Positions 19,301 through 27,700 of a DNA stretch of 64,000 nt are shown here, piece by piece. Under the pieces are notes generated by a model, which saw only the letters and a list, made by a program, of their open reading frames with translations, made no database searches and had not been told where the DNA came from. Position 1 is the first letter of the stretch; the number at the start of each line of letters is the position of its first letter. The DNA is from a virus. The DNA lies in the IMG/VR virus record IMGVR_UViG_3300047557_003034, positions 1 to 64,000 of that record. One strand, given 5' to 3'. Position numbers and translations under genes: made by a program.

Positions 19301-22197
19301 TAGGTGGTGGATTTGGAAACTCGATAGCTGGTGGAACCAATAATAGGTACGGTAACATTATTGTAGGTGGCTGTCTTAACAGTACTAGTGGTTACAATAG
19401 TGTAATAGTAGGAGGACACTCAAATACAATAAGTGGAACACAATCAGATACTGTAGGTTCAGTGATAGGTGGTGGTTGTTTCAACACTGTTAGTCTACTA
19501 GGTGCGATCTTCAGTGGTCATAGAAACTGTGTAATAGGTGTAAACTCTCAGGGAGAAGTAGGCGGTATCTTTGGTGGTGCATACAACACAGGATCTAATA
19601 GAAGTCACATCGTAGGTGGCTGTAATAACTCAGCAACTGGATGTAGATCTTTCATCGGATCAGGTACACGCAACTCAGTGTCAGGGTACGCTTCATCAGT
19701 AGTAGGAGGTTATCAAAACACCGGTTCTGCTAGCAACGTATTCGTAGGAAACGGAGCATTTAACGCAGCAGCTGCAACATACGCAGTCGTAGGAGGCGGT
19801 CAAGGCAATAGAGTACTAGGAGAAACCGGCTCAATAGCAGGCGGTTGGGGTAATACAATATGTCTTGCTGGTAGCGGTTCATTCATAGGAGGTGGTCGAG
19901 TAAATACTATAACAGCACAGCTATCAACAATAGGAGGTGGTGTTAATAATACTGGTTCAAACTCTTATACGTTTATAGGTGGTGGTGCAAGTAATACAGC
20001 AACTGGTCTATTTGCATCAGTCGTAGGAGGAGGTAGTAACTGTTCTGCATGCAACTTCGGTTTTGTAGGAGGTGGTCAAAATAACTGGTCAATAGGAAAT
20101 GAATCAACTATATCAGGTGGATATTGTAATAGGATATTAAACACAGTATCAACATTTATAGGAGGTGGTTTCAAGAACTGTGTTACATCAGGACCCTACT
20201 CAGCTGTAGCAGGTGGTATTTTAAACACGATCACAGTAAGAGATTTTAGAAACAGTGCAATAATAGCTGGAGGATCTACTAACACTGTAACAGCTGGTCT
20301 TAGTTTTATAGGCGGAGGTTGCACGAATACAGTAGCAGCAGAAACAGGATCAATAGTAGGTGGTGCTAGTAACACAATCTGCATAAGTGCAAGTGGATCA
20401 TTCATAGGTGGTGGTAGAGGTAATATAGTGTCAGGACAGCTAGCAGCAGTGGTAGGTGGTCAAAGTAATACAGCATCGGGATCTAATAGTTTTGTAGGAG
20501 GAGGTTTAGCTAATAATGCAGCAGGTGCAGTATCTGTCGTAGGTGGTGGATGTGGAAATCGAACAAGTAACACCTACACAACTATTGCAGGAGGACTTAT
20601 TAACACAACTAGCGGATACGGAGATACTATAGGTGGTGGTTATTTAAACATCACAGCAAATAACAACTATCAAGGAATCTTTAGTGGATATGGTAATCAA
20701 ACTACAGGTTCTTATAGTGCAGTACTAGGTGGTCTTCAAAACAGAGCAGCAGGTACAGCAGCAGCAGTAGGAAGTGGTTATTACAATGTAGCAGGTGGTT
20801 CTCACTCGTTTATAGGAAGTGGTAGAAACAACACTGCTAGCGGAACTTGCTCAACTATATCAGGTGGATACTTCAACGTCGCAACAGGCAACCATAGCTT
20901 CATAGGAAACGGTGCTTATAATAGCAACGTAGCATTAGGAGGTTTCATAGGAAACGGCTTTGAAAACTGTCTTACATCTGCAGCAGTATCATCCTCAGTA
21001 GTAGGCGGTGCTGATAACTGTGTTACAGGATGCTTTGCATTCATAGGAGGCGGTTGTCGAAACACTGGTTCAGGTGTATTTAGCTTCGTAGGAGTTGGTA
21101 ACAACAACAAAGCACTAAGTAACCATGGCCTAATAGTAGGAGGTAGAAACATTACCGTATCAGGAACTTATGGAATAGTAGGAGGTGGTGAAGGTAACTG
21201 TGTAACAGAAGTTTACGGATCTGTTTTTGGTGGTCTAACTAACTGTGTGATTGCTACTTACGGTTTTGTAGGTGGTGGTACTACCAATACGGTAGCAGGA
21301 CAAACCGGCTCAATAGTAGGTGGTCACAGTAATAGAATTTGCATCGGAGCATCCGGTTCATTTATAGGTGGTGGTCGCTCAAACGTTGCATTGGACGGCA
21401 TTGAAACAGTTATAGGAGGTGGCACAACTAACTGCACTAGTCAAAGATGGTCAGCAGTTGTAGGAGGTAACAACAACATCATAGCTAACTCAGCTGCATG
21501 TGCAAGTTTTATAGGTGCTGGTATCAGTAATATAATCTGCTGTGGATACAGTGTTATAGGAGGTGGATTTACGAACACAGCAATCCAGATGGGTAACGTC
21601 ATTGCAGGAGGCTTCAATAACTCAAACAGCGGTGCATACGGTGTTATAGGAGGTGGTTGTTTGAATGTGGTTACTGCAACAGCAGCTACAATAGCAGGTG
21701 GTGTTAGGAACTGTGCAACAGCAGCTTGCTCAGCAATCTTGGGTGGTAACTTCAACACAGCATCAGCAGTATTCGCAGGAGCTTTTGGATGCAACATCAA
21801 CGCAAATGTGGCTTGTCACTTCTTCGTTAATAACCTCTCCGTAACAAATAACGTAACAGGATCAAACGCCTGCTACACAGGCACAGTATCAGCAGCCTGT
21901 TTGATAGAAACATCATCAGAGAGGTATAAAGAGTGTATCAGACCTATAGGCTACAACACTGAAACTGTACAGCAACTTAATCCAATCCGCTTCCAATGGA
22001 AAGACAAAACCATCAGCAAGGATGACCAGTTAGGTCTCATTGCAGAAGAAGTGCAGAAGATAATGCCGGAAGCAGTGATCTTGAATGATAAAGGTGAAGC
22101 AGAAGGTATCTCATACACAAAACTTGTACCGGTTCTAATCAAAGCAGTACAAGAGTTAGAGCAAAGAGTTGTATATTTAGAGAGTAAACTAAAATAA
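13330..22197 (+). CDS. giant (2955 aa) Gly/Cys-rich repeat fibre with C-terminal peptidase S74-type chaperone
   Basis: About 15-aa repeats SFIGGGxxNxASGxx; C-terminal ETSSERYK...GLIAEEV...ISYTKLVPVLIKAVQEL. Confidence 0.85.
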   Translation: MANEFVARLGLISNCTLTVTGSSTLYGVICGGTNPIVAGDGSAVLNGWSNSAIGSGSIVGSGCQNIASGSCSAVVGGRFNTGSGGFSFVGNGYGNIASGSYTAIVGGLNNTGSGAFGFIGGGNNNKIIYNTTSDACYVAIGGGLNNTVCSRYSAIFGGVNNTIGIETDASTIVGGNANQVTSAGYSFVGGGGNNLSTGYYSFVGGGCGNRISIGICAYGVIVGGAGNCLVINNNSAIVGGQTNCIDGNYSFIGGGAGNRVIAASGSIVGGFSNIVSTAGCAGFIGGGQSNTVNSTAAVIGGGLSNSATGIYSIVAGGASNIANSSYAAVLGGTLNCATEFYSTVSGGYKSCATNQFSFVGGGRINVVSGNSAGIVAGRSNVASGQSSFIGSGFSNSASNCYAVAVGGSGSLASGIGSFVGGGFNNRATSACSVVVGGQQNTGSAAWTFVGGGISNTASNTYAFVGGGFCNVSSGLYATVTGGQFNTASFGFAFVGGGCRNAATSYASFVGGGDGNTASGYRNVVVGGAGNTASGYRAAIVGGSGNTNTGTNSFVGAGAQNNAGGLWSGIVLGRLNCTCTSSTASFIGGGQNNTVSNVLQSSIVGGGSNSVTATLGFIGGGAENTVAAETGSIVGGRGNVICIGGSGSFIGGGRSNVISSCLAAIVSGLTNTVSNFYGFIGGGTSNTVSGYLGAVLGGASNQATAGYSTVVGGQSNCAVGQKGFVGGGRCNRASGFAIVGGGCCNSASNYYTAILGGRQNTITTGGNCSIIGGGAFNTIAAYTGSIVGGDRNRICAAACGAFIGGGQQNTGSGVLTFIGGGQQNVAAGALSFVGGGQQNVATGILSFVGGGTFNTVAAATGSIVGGERNLITSTGCAAFIGGGQLNTGSAAWSFIGGGFNNYALGQGSFIGGGGSNLTFGSATSASVVSGTCNCAQGIASIVGSGCLNKATGTNTGVLGGSGNTASGACSTVVGGNGNVASGGYSIAGSGLTNSASGYLSALLGGESNTSGGSRSAVLGGRSNSASAYQSVAVGGGTNCATATAAAVVGGSLNTVSGACSFIGGGTLNTLSGIGGVIVGGSSNTGSANLGFIGGGGGNVVCNSYATVLGGENNRAMASRSTVGAGSGNLASGSYSGVFSGQNNNGSGSYSFIGGGVSNVALTVSVVAGGGQNTASGGYAIIGGGKQNSLSGDYASILGGTINAVTAIHGFVGGGCRNTVAGPSGSIVGGSRNCITTAGVESFIGGGYGNCTTAACTAILGGGFNTASAAFAGAFGCNLNASQACHFYVNNLSVPGNLTGSNMVLSGKLTVCQIEVQILSSSVSFFTGSTIFGSCLTNTHQFTGSVSITGSLRTCGPVCFTQTMAVGSGSTASGTYSSVAGGLSNTASGNCSHVGGGRANTTSGGFSTVGGGFSNSSSANYATTAGGIGNRAAGDSSFVGGGGSNLACGNCSAVVGGSLNSGSAAFTFVGGGSDNRATAFASAVVGGQVGLVSGEYSTISGGYRNTVAGCFGFVGGGYENTVSAQTGSIVGGRSNCICISASGSFIGGGRSNIVRGLLASAVGGVGNSASGSYSFIGGGSSNVVESCGGAVVSGTGNIIRAVVGGQGFIGAGAANTVSGCRAIIGAGVGNTASGDDNVIGGGFYNTVSNYQSVVVGGYQNVASNTRVFIGGGQNNLACGSLSVVAGGQLNTGSANLTSVLGGFGNRATAAGAVAVGGSSNQSAGASGFIGGGFNNTVSAPTGSIVGGAFNCLCTAACAAFIGGGQQNTGSGVMSFIGGGICNVASGNCSTIVGGQQNTGSGIFSFMGGGGRNAALGACSTVGGGEINIAGNQLSTVSGGYRNYACEYGATVAGGITNCVCGYIGTIAGGFGNAASGSYSFVGGGRQNLALAASSSIVGGCSNTICISASGSFIGGGQSNTVSGLLSAVVGGQSNLASGSHSFVGGGSSNAVRTCFSFIGGGTGNSITTSCCSVIVGGQNNTISGDFYQNWHFIGGGFGNSIAGGTNNRYGNIIVGGCLNSTSGYNSVIVGGHSNTISGTQSDTVGSVIGGGCFNTVSLLGAIFSGHRNCVIGVNSQGEVGGIFGGAYNTGSNRSHIVGGCNNSATGCRSFIGSGTRNSVSGYASSVVGGYQNTGSASNVFVGNGAFNAAAATYAVVGGGQGNRVLGETGSIAGGWGNTICLAGSGSFIGGGRVNTITAQLSTIGGGVNNTGSNSYTFIGGGASNTATGLFASVVGGGSNCSACNFGFVGGGQNNWSIGNESTISGGYCNRILNTVSTFIGGGFKNCVTSGPYSAVAGGILNTITVRDFRNSAIIAGGSTNTVTAGLSFIGGGCTNTVAAETGSIVGGASNTICISASGSFIGGGRGNIVSGQLAAVVGGQSNTASGSNSFVGGGLANNAAGAVSVVGGGCGNRTSNTYTTIAGGLINTTSGYGDTIGGGYLNITANNNYQGIFSGYGNQTTGSYSAVLGGLQNRAAGTAAAVGSGYYNVAGGSHSFIGSGRNNTASGTCSTISGGYFNVATGNHSFIGNGAYNSNVALGGFIGNGFENCLTSAAVSSSVVGGADNCVTGCFAFIGGGCRNTGSGVFSFVGVGNNNKALSNHGLIVGGRNITVSGTYGIVGGGEGNCVTEVYGSVFGGLTNCVIATYGFVGGGTTNTVAGQTGSIVGGHSNRICIGASGSFIGGGRSNVALDGIETVIGGGTTNCTSQRWSAVVGGNNNIIANSAACASFIGAGISNIICCGYSVIGGGFTNTAIQMGNVIAGGFNNSNSGAYGVIGGGCLNVVTATAATIAGGVRNCATAACSAILGGNFNTASAVFAGAFGCNINANVACHFFVNNLSVTNNVTGSNACYTGTVSAACLIETSSERYKECIRPIGYNTETVQQLNPIRFQWKDKTISKDDQLGLIAEEVQKIMPEAVILNDKGEAEGISYTKLVPVLIKAVQELEQRVVYLESKLK

Positions 22198-22201
22198 GAG
22201 T

Positions 22202-22942
22202 ATGGCATTTTCAAATGGTTGGAGAGGTCCTGATATTGTAGCTGATGGCTTGGTGTTGTATCTTGATGCAGGATCACCTAATTCATATAGGACTGGCTTT
22301 GGCACTACATGGAAGGATATTAGTGGGTTTGGGTATAACGGAACGTTGACTAATGGTCCAACTTTCAGTTCTGCGAATGGAGGTAGTTTTGTGTTTGATG
22401 GGACAGATGACTATGCCCAGTTTACTAATCCATCTAACCTACAAGCTCAGAACCTGACTATCTCATTGTGGGTTAATCCTGCTAGTGCAACTAATGTGAT
22501 TACTAGCCTTATAGACTACGATCATGCAAGCCTTCCTGTTCAAGGCTGGGTAATACAATCTGAAGACGCAACTTCAAACAGATACTACTATTTTGCATAC
22601 TATGATGGAACTAAATACGAACCAGCTACAGGTATAGGAGCAGGAAAAGGTGTACAATTAACAAATTCGACGTGGCAAAATCTAACATTCACTAAAAGTG
22701 GGACGTCTGTTCTAGGATACTTGAACGGAACTCAAACATTCACTTCCACTGCAGGAAACGCTACTATTTCATACCTACCCAGTAGGAATTTAAGAATTGC
22801 AAACGTTATTTCTACTGCATCTGGCGTTGGTAATCGCTCTTATAACGGACAAGTGTCAACAACACAAATCTACAACAAAGCTCTTTCAGCCTCAGAAGTA
22901 CTCCAAAACTATAACGCAACTAAAACCCGATTCGGATTATAA
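22202..22942 (+). CDS. LamG-like domain virion protein
   Basis: DGLVLYLDAG...FDGTDDY...YNKALSASEVLQNYNATKTRFGL. Confidence 0.8.
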   Translation: MAFSNGWRGPDIVADGLVLYLDAGSPNSYRTGFGTTWKDISGFGYNGTLTNGPTFSSANGGSFVFDGTDDYAQFTNPSNLQAQNLTISLWVNPASATNVITSLIDYDHASLPVQGWVIQSEDATSNRYYYFAYYDGTKYEPATGIGAGKGVQLTNSTWQNLTFTKSGTSVLGYLNGTQTFTSTAGNATISYLPSRNLRIANVISTASGVGNRSYNGQVSTTQIYNKALSASEVLQNYNATKTRFGL

Positions 22943-22943
22943 T

Positions 22944-23705
22944 ATGTCAGTAGCAGGTGGACCAGATACAATACAAGATAGTTTAGTGTTATCACTAGAT
23001 GCAGCAGACAGGAATAGTTATCCAGGATCTGGTGCAACCTGGTTTGATTTGAGTGGGAATGGATATAATTTTATTGGCAATGGAAACTATGGATTCTCGA
23101 ATAACGCGATCCTATTCAATAGGGATAACGCTGCTAATACAGGTACTGTCTTTACACTTTCAAATATAGCTAACCAATTAAAGATAGAAAATTTTTTAGC
23201 AGGCAGTTGTACAATTGAAGTTTGGCATGTACCTCAAACTCTAAATAGCTCTAATTTTGATGCAAACGAAGTCATATCAGGAGTTGTAGTTTGGCCAGGA
23301 TTTCATAATGGTATGGTTTTTAGTTCAACAAGCTACCAATTTACTTTATGGAACTCAACACAAACTAATGCTTTTAATATGGTTTCCACAAGTAGCATTT
23401 CTCTACCTTCCGTTACTTCATTTAATCAAATGATAACGTCTATTGATAGGAGTAACACAACTTCATACATATATAGAAACGGTACGCAAGTTTACAGCAC
23501 CGGATCTATACCAACTCTACCTTCAATGACTTCAGCTCAAAGTCTTCCTACAAACACACTTAACATCGGAGCAGCAAGAAACTCAGGAACCTTTAGATGG
23601 TTCTACACAGGAAGTATAGCTATAGTTAGGTTATACAACCGAGCTCTCTCAGCCTCAGAAATCGCTCAAAATTACAACTCAACTAAAACCCGATTCGGAC
23701 TATAA
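22944..23705 (+). CDS. LamG-like domain virion protein
   Basis: True start is probably ATG 22944 (MSVAGGPD); same terminal motifs as its paralogues. Confidence 0.8.
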   Translation: MSVAGGPDTIQDSLVLSLDAADRNSYPGSGATWFDLSGNGYNFIGNGNYGFSNNAILFNRDNAANTGTVFTLSNIANQLKIENFLAGSCTIEVWHVPQTLNSSNFDANEVISGVVVWPGFHNGMVFSSTSYQFTLWNSTQTNAFNMVSTSSISLPSVTSFNQMITSIDRSNTTSYIYRNGTQVYSTGSIPTLPSMTSAQSLPTNTLNIGAARNSGTFRWFYTGSIAIVRLYNRALSASEIAQNYNSTKTRFGL

Positions 23706-23708
23706 ACT

Positions 23709-24395
23709 ATGGCTACACAATACGCAAATGGAAAGATCGTTACGGATGGTTTAGTATTGTCACTAAATGCTGCGGATAGAAATTCATATCCAGGCAGTGG
23801 TACTACTTGGACTGATATGTCGGGTAATGGAAATAATGGTACCTTGACTAACGGTCCCACTTTTAGTTCTGCGAATGGCGGTGCGATTGTGTTTGACGGA
23901 ACTAACGATTATGTGGCTACGGCTGGTATCAGTGCAACTGTTAGTGAACTTACAATTGCTACCTGGCTTTTTGTAACAGAACCTCAACCAAACGAGTATA
24001 GTTCTATTGTCTTTTCTAGGAGTGGTAATATTACAGGTTTACATTTTTTAGGAATAGCCTTTGGAGGAAACGGGTACAAGCTAAGCTACACCTACAACGG
24101 CAGTGGCTATACTTGGGGAGGCGCACCTGCAGTTACTCCTTCAGTCTGGAATAGTGTAACACTTGTTTTCAGGAGTACAGGAGCATTCTTTTACATAAAC
24201 GGACAGTTCTCAGCATCAGATTTAGCGAGTTTAGCAGCAACAAACCTAGCAGCTCTCCAGATAGGTAGAGACTCTGGTACGTTTGGTAGATACTATAAAG
24301 GTAATCTTGCAACAACTCAAATCTACAACAGAGCCCTCTCAGCCTCAGAAATCACACAAAACTACAACGCACAAAAATCACGATACGGACTATAA
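23709..24395 (+). CDS. LamG-like domain virion protein
   Basis: DGLVLSLNAADRNSYPGSGTTW...YNRALSASEITQNYNAQKSRYGL. Confidence 0.8.
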   Translation: MATQYANGKIVTDGLVLSLNAADRNSYPGSGTTWTDMSGNGNNGTLTNGPTFSSANGGAIVFDGTNDYVATAGISATVSELTIATWLFVTEPQPNEYSSIVFSRSGNITGLHFLGIAFGGNGYKLSYTYNGSGYTWGGAPAVTPSVWNSVTLVFRSTGAFFYINGQFSASDLASLAATNLAALQIGRDSGTFGRYYKGNLATTQIYNRALSASEITQNYNAQKSRYGL

Positions 24396-24407
24396 AACAA
24401 TATAACT

Positions 24408-24674
24408 ATGGAAGAAACGCAATACGACAACAGAGAATTTATGATATTCGCTGTATCTGAACTAGATCAAATCGACTTCACACAGGTCTTGGAAACTAGC
24501 ATAGATACTGTTAGAAAGTCTGTGGACGGTCTCAAGACTTTTGTGAAGTGGGATGGTCTAAGTATCCCAAGCTCGGTAGAAGCACTGACAACAAAGGAAG
24601 GACCCTACACATACAACGAAATACTCACCATCCTAGCAACACCGGAGTGGACAGATCCTAATCCAATCCCATAA
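24408..24674 (+). CDS. small acidic hypothetical protein
   Basis: Clean ORF after the LamG cluster; VRKSVDG.KTFVKW and ILATPEW. Confidence 0.65.
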   Translation: MEETQYDNREFMIFAVSELDQIDFTQVLETSIDTVRKSVDGLKTFVKWDGLSIPSSVEALTTKEGPYTYNEILTILATPEWTDPNPIP

Positions 24675-24702
24675 TTCTTGCAAGCCTTTTACCGACTCTT
24701 AC

Positions 24703-24711
24703 CTATTTATA
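24703..24711 (+). promoter_or_regulatory. putative late promoter CTATTTATA
   Basis: Motif before giant fibre 2. Confidence 0.7.
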
Positions 24712-24746
24712 TGTAGGTGATTTCTAAGTAAAACAGCAAGAAATAT

Positions 24747-27700
24747 ATGGCATACTTACAGTGTACGGTCATTACTGGGTCTCAAAATGTATTGAGTGTT
24801 ATAGGTTCAGGTAGTGCCACGACATCTTCTTTGTTATCTGTCGATGGAAATAGCGGAAGGCTGTTCCAAGTAACCGACACATTATCTGGTTCTCTCTTCT
24901 CTGTCAATACAGTATCGGGTCTACCCGTAATAGAGGCATTTTCCGACAACACTGTCCGCATTGGACAGTACGGTCAGAAGGCACTTTTTGTATCACAATC
25001 CAAGGTAGGAGTTGGCAAGGAAGACTCACTTAACGGAACACTAGACGTATCAGGCAGCTTAACTGTTACCGGATCAACCAATATCAACGGTAATCTCACA
25101 GGATCTAATGCTCTTTTGACAGGAACTTTGACAGTGAACACGATCAATGTCAGCATACTGTCATCTTCAATAAGCTTCTTTACGGGTTCTACGATATTTG
25201 GATGCTCAATTTCCAATCAACATCAATTTACGGGATCTGTTAGCATAACAGGAAGTTTAAGAACATGCGGTCCCATGTGCTCCACTACAACAATGGCAAT
25301 AGGTAGTGGATCTACAGCATCAGGCATCTACAGTAGTGTAGCAGGAGGTAGATTGAACACAGCATCAGGAAACTATTCACATATAGGAGGCGGTAGTGGT
25401 AGCCTAGCATTAGGTGTAAATTCGTTTATAGGCGGTGGTCAGTTTAACTGTATTCCTGCCGGTGGTCAATGTGCAGTAATAGGAGGCGGTCAATACAACA
25501 CTGGATCGTCGGTGTTAGGTTTCATTGGTGGTGGTACCAATAACAATATGTCTTGTTTTTACGCTGTGATTGGAGGTGGTATATCAAATACAACAAGTGG
25601 ATACGGCTCAGTAATCGCAGGAGGTAACATAAACAATAACTCAGGTAGATGGGGATTCTTAGGTGCTGGACGCTCAAATCAGCTATCAGGAAACTGTACT
25701 GCTATCGTTGGTGGTGGTAGTAACACGGTTAGTGGATTCTACAATGCAATAGTAGCAGGATGTGCTAATACTGTTAGTAATAGTGGTAGTTTCATTGGTG
25801 GAGGCTTTGGTAACACGGTATTAGCAGATACCGGATCAATAGTAGGTGGTCGTAGTAATATAATCTGCTTAGGTGGCTCCGGTTCATTTATAGGTGGTGG
25901 CCAAAGTAATACAGTCTCCGGTAAGTGCAGTGCGGTAGTAGTAGGTCAGCTTAATAGTGCTACTGGTGAAAATGGATTTGTAGGCAGTGGTTATCAAAAC
26001 TCATTCACTGGTTTTAGAGGTGGTATTGTAGCTGGTCAGCAAAATACGTTATCATCCGTTTACGGATTTATAGGTTCAGGTCTCTCAAACGTAGTTGCAG
26101 CTAGTTCTACCTCAATAATAGCTGGTCAAAATAACTGTGCTATTGGAGCACTTTCCATTATAGGAGGTGGTAACTTCAACAGAATGTCAGCTAACTGCGC
26201 AGCAGTAGTAGCTGGTACGTACAACACGGGTTCAGGAGCAGGCAGCTTCATAGGTGCTGGTAGTGGAAGTGTGGCAGCAGGAGCTCTAACATTTATAGGA
26301 GGCGGTCAATTTAACTGTGCATCAGCTAACTATGCAGCAGTAGTAGGAGGCTTTCAAAATACAGGTTCAGGTACGTTTAGCTTTGTGGGTGGAGGCGGTG
26401 GAAATACTGCAGCAGGTGCATGTTCTACAGTAGGCGGTGGTGAAATAAACATTGCAAGCAGCCAGATATCAACGGTATCAGGTGGATATAGAAACTATGC
26501 AGCAAGCTACGCTGCAACTGTAGGGGGTGGATTGCTAAACTGTGCATGTGGATACAACGGAACTGTATCAGGCGGATACAGAAACTCAGCATCAGGAAGC
26601 TACTCTTTTGTAGGAGGAGGTAAGCAGAACCTAGCACTAGCAGTATCAAGTTCAGTAGTAGGAGGCTGGCTTAACTGTGTAACTACTAATGGTACTGGTT
26701 CATTCATAGGAGGTGGTCAGGGCAACACAGTAACAGGACGACTATCAACAGTAGTAGGTGGTGCTGGTAACCAAGTTACCGGAAACTGCTCAACAATATC
26801 TGGTGGATACTTTAACGTAGCTACTAATACATTAGCAGCAGTAGTAGGTGGTCGGAATAATCAAGCACGAGGAGAAAATAGCGTAGTAGGTGGATATTTC
26901 AACTGTGCTTGTGGTGTTTCAAGCATAGTAGCAGGCGGACACAATCAGACTGTGCTAAGCAGTTATGGCACTGTAAGTGGAGGTTACAACAACTGTATTA
27001 CATCAACTCTAGCTGATTCATCGACAATTAGTGGTGGATATCAAAATAGAATATCAAGCATCCGTTCCGTCATAGCAGGAGGTCAAAATAACGTTATCAG
27101 TGGAAACCGATCATTCATAGGGGGTGGTCGACAAAATACAGCATCAGGCAACTATGCATCAGTAGCAGGTGGTAGTGGAAGTGTAGCATCAGGACTTAAC
27201 TCATTCGTAGGAGGCGGTCAATTCAACCTAGCAAACGGTGCATGTGCATCGGTAGTAGGTGGCTTTCAAAACACTGGTTCAGGTGGATTTAGCTTTGTAG
27301 GAGGCGGTACAGGAAGTATTGCAGCAGGACTTTATAGCTCTGTAATAGGTGGATTCATAAACTGTGCTAGCCAAGTCTACGCAACAGTAGGTGGTGGTGG
27401 TAGGAATCTTTCAAGTGGAAACAGTACGACAGTAAGTGGTGGCTATGGTAACCAAGCAACAGTCACCTTCGCAAGTGTGTTAGGTGGTGTAGGCAACGTA
27501 GCTACGGGACATACCTCAACTGCGGTAGGAGGACAATCCAACTCAGCAACAGCTTGTCATTCGTTTGTAGGAGGTGGTGCATCAAATACGGTAGCAGCAG
27601 AAACAGGATCTATAGTAGGTGGTCGTAGTAACAGCATAACTTCAAACGGCTCTGGTTCATTTATAGGTGGTGGTCAAGGTAACATAGTCTCAGGACAGCT

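Noticed and set aside
22797-22943. Extended N-terminus of the second LamG gene
   Set aside because: It overlaps the previous gene; paralogue alignment supports ATG 22944.
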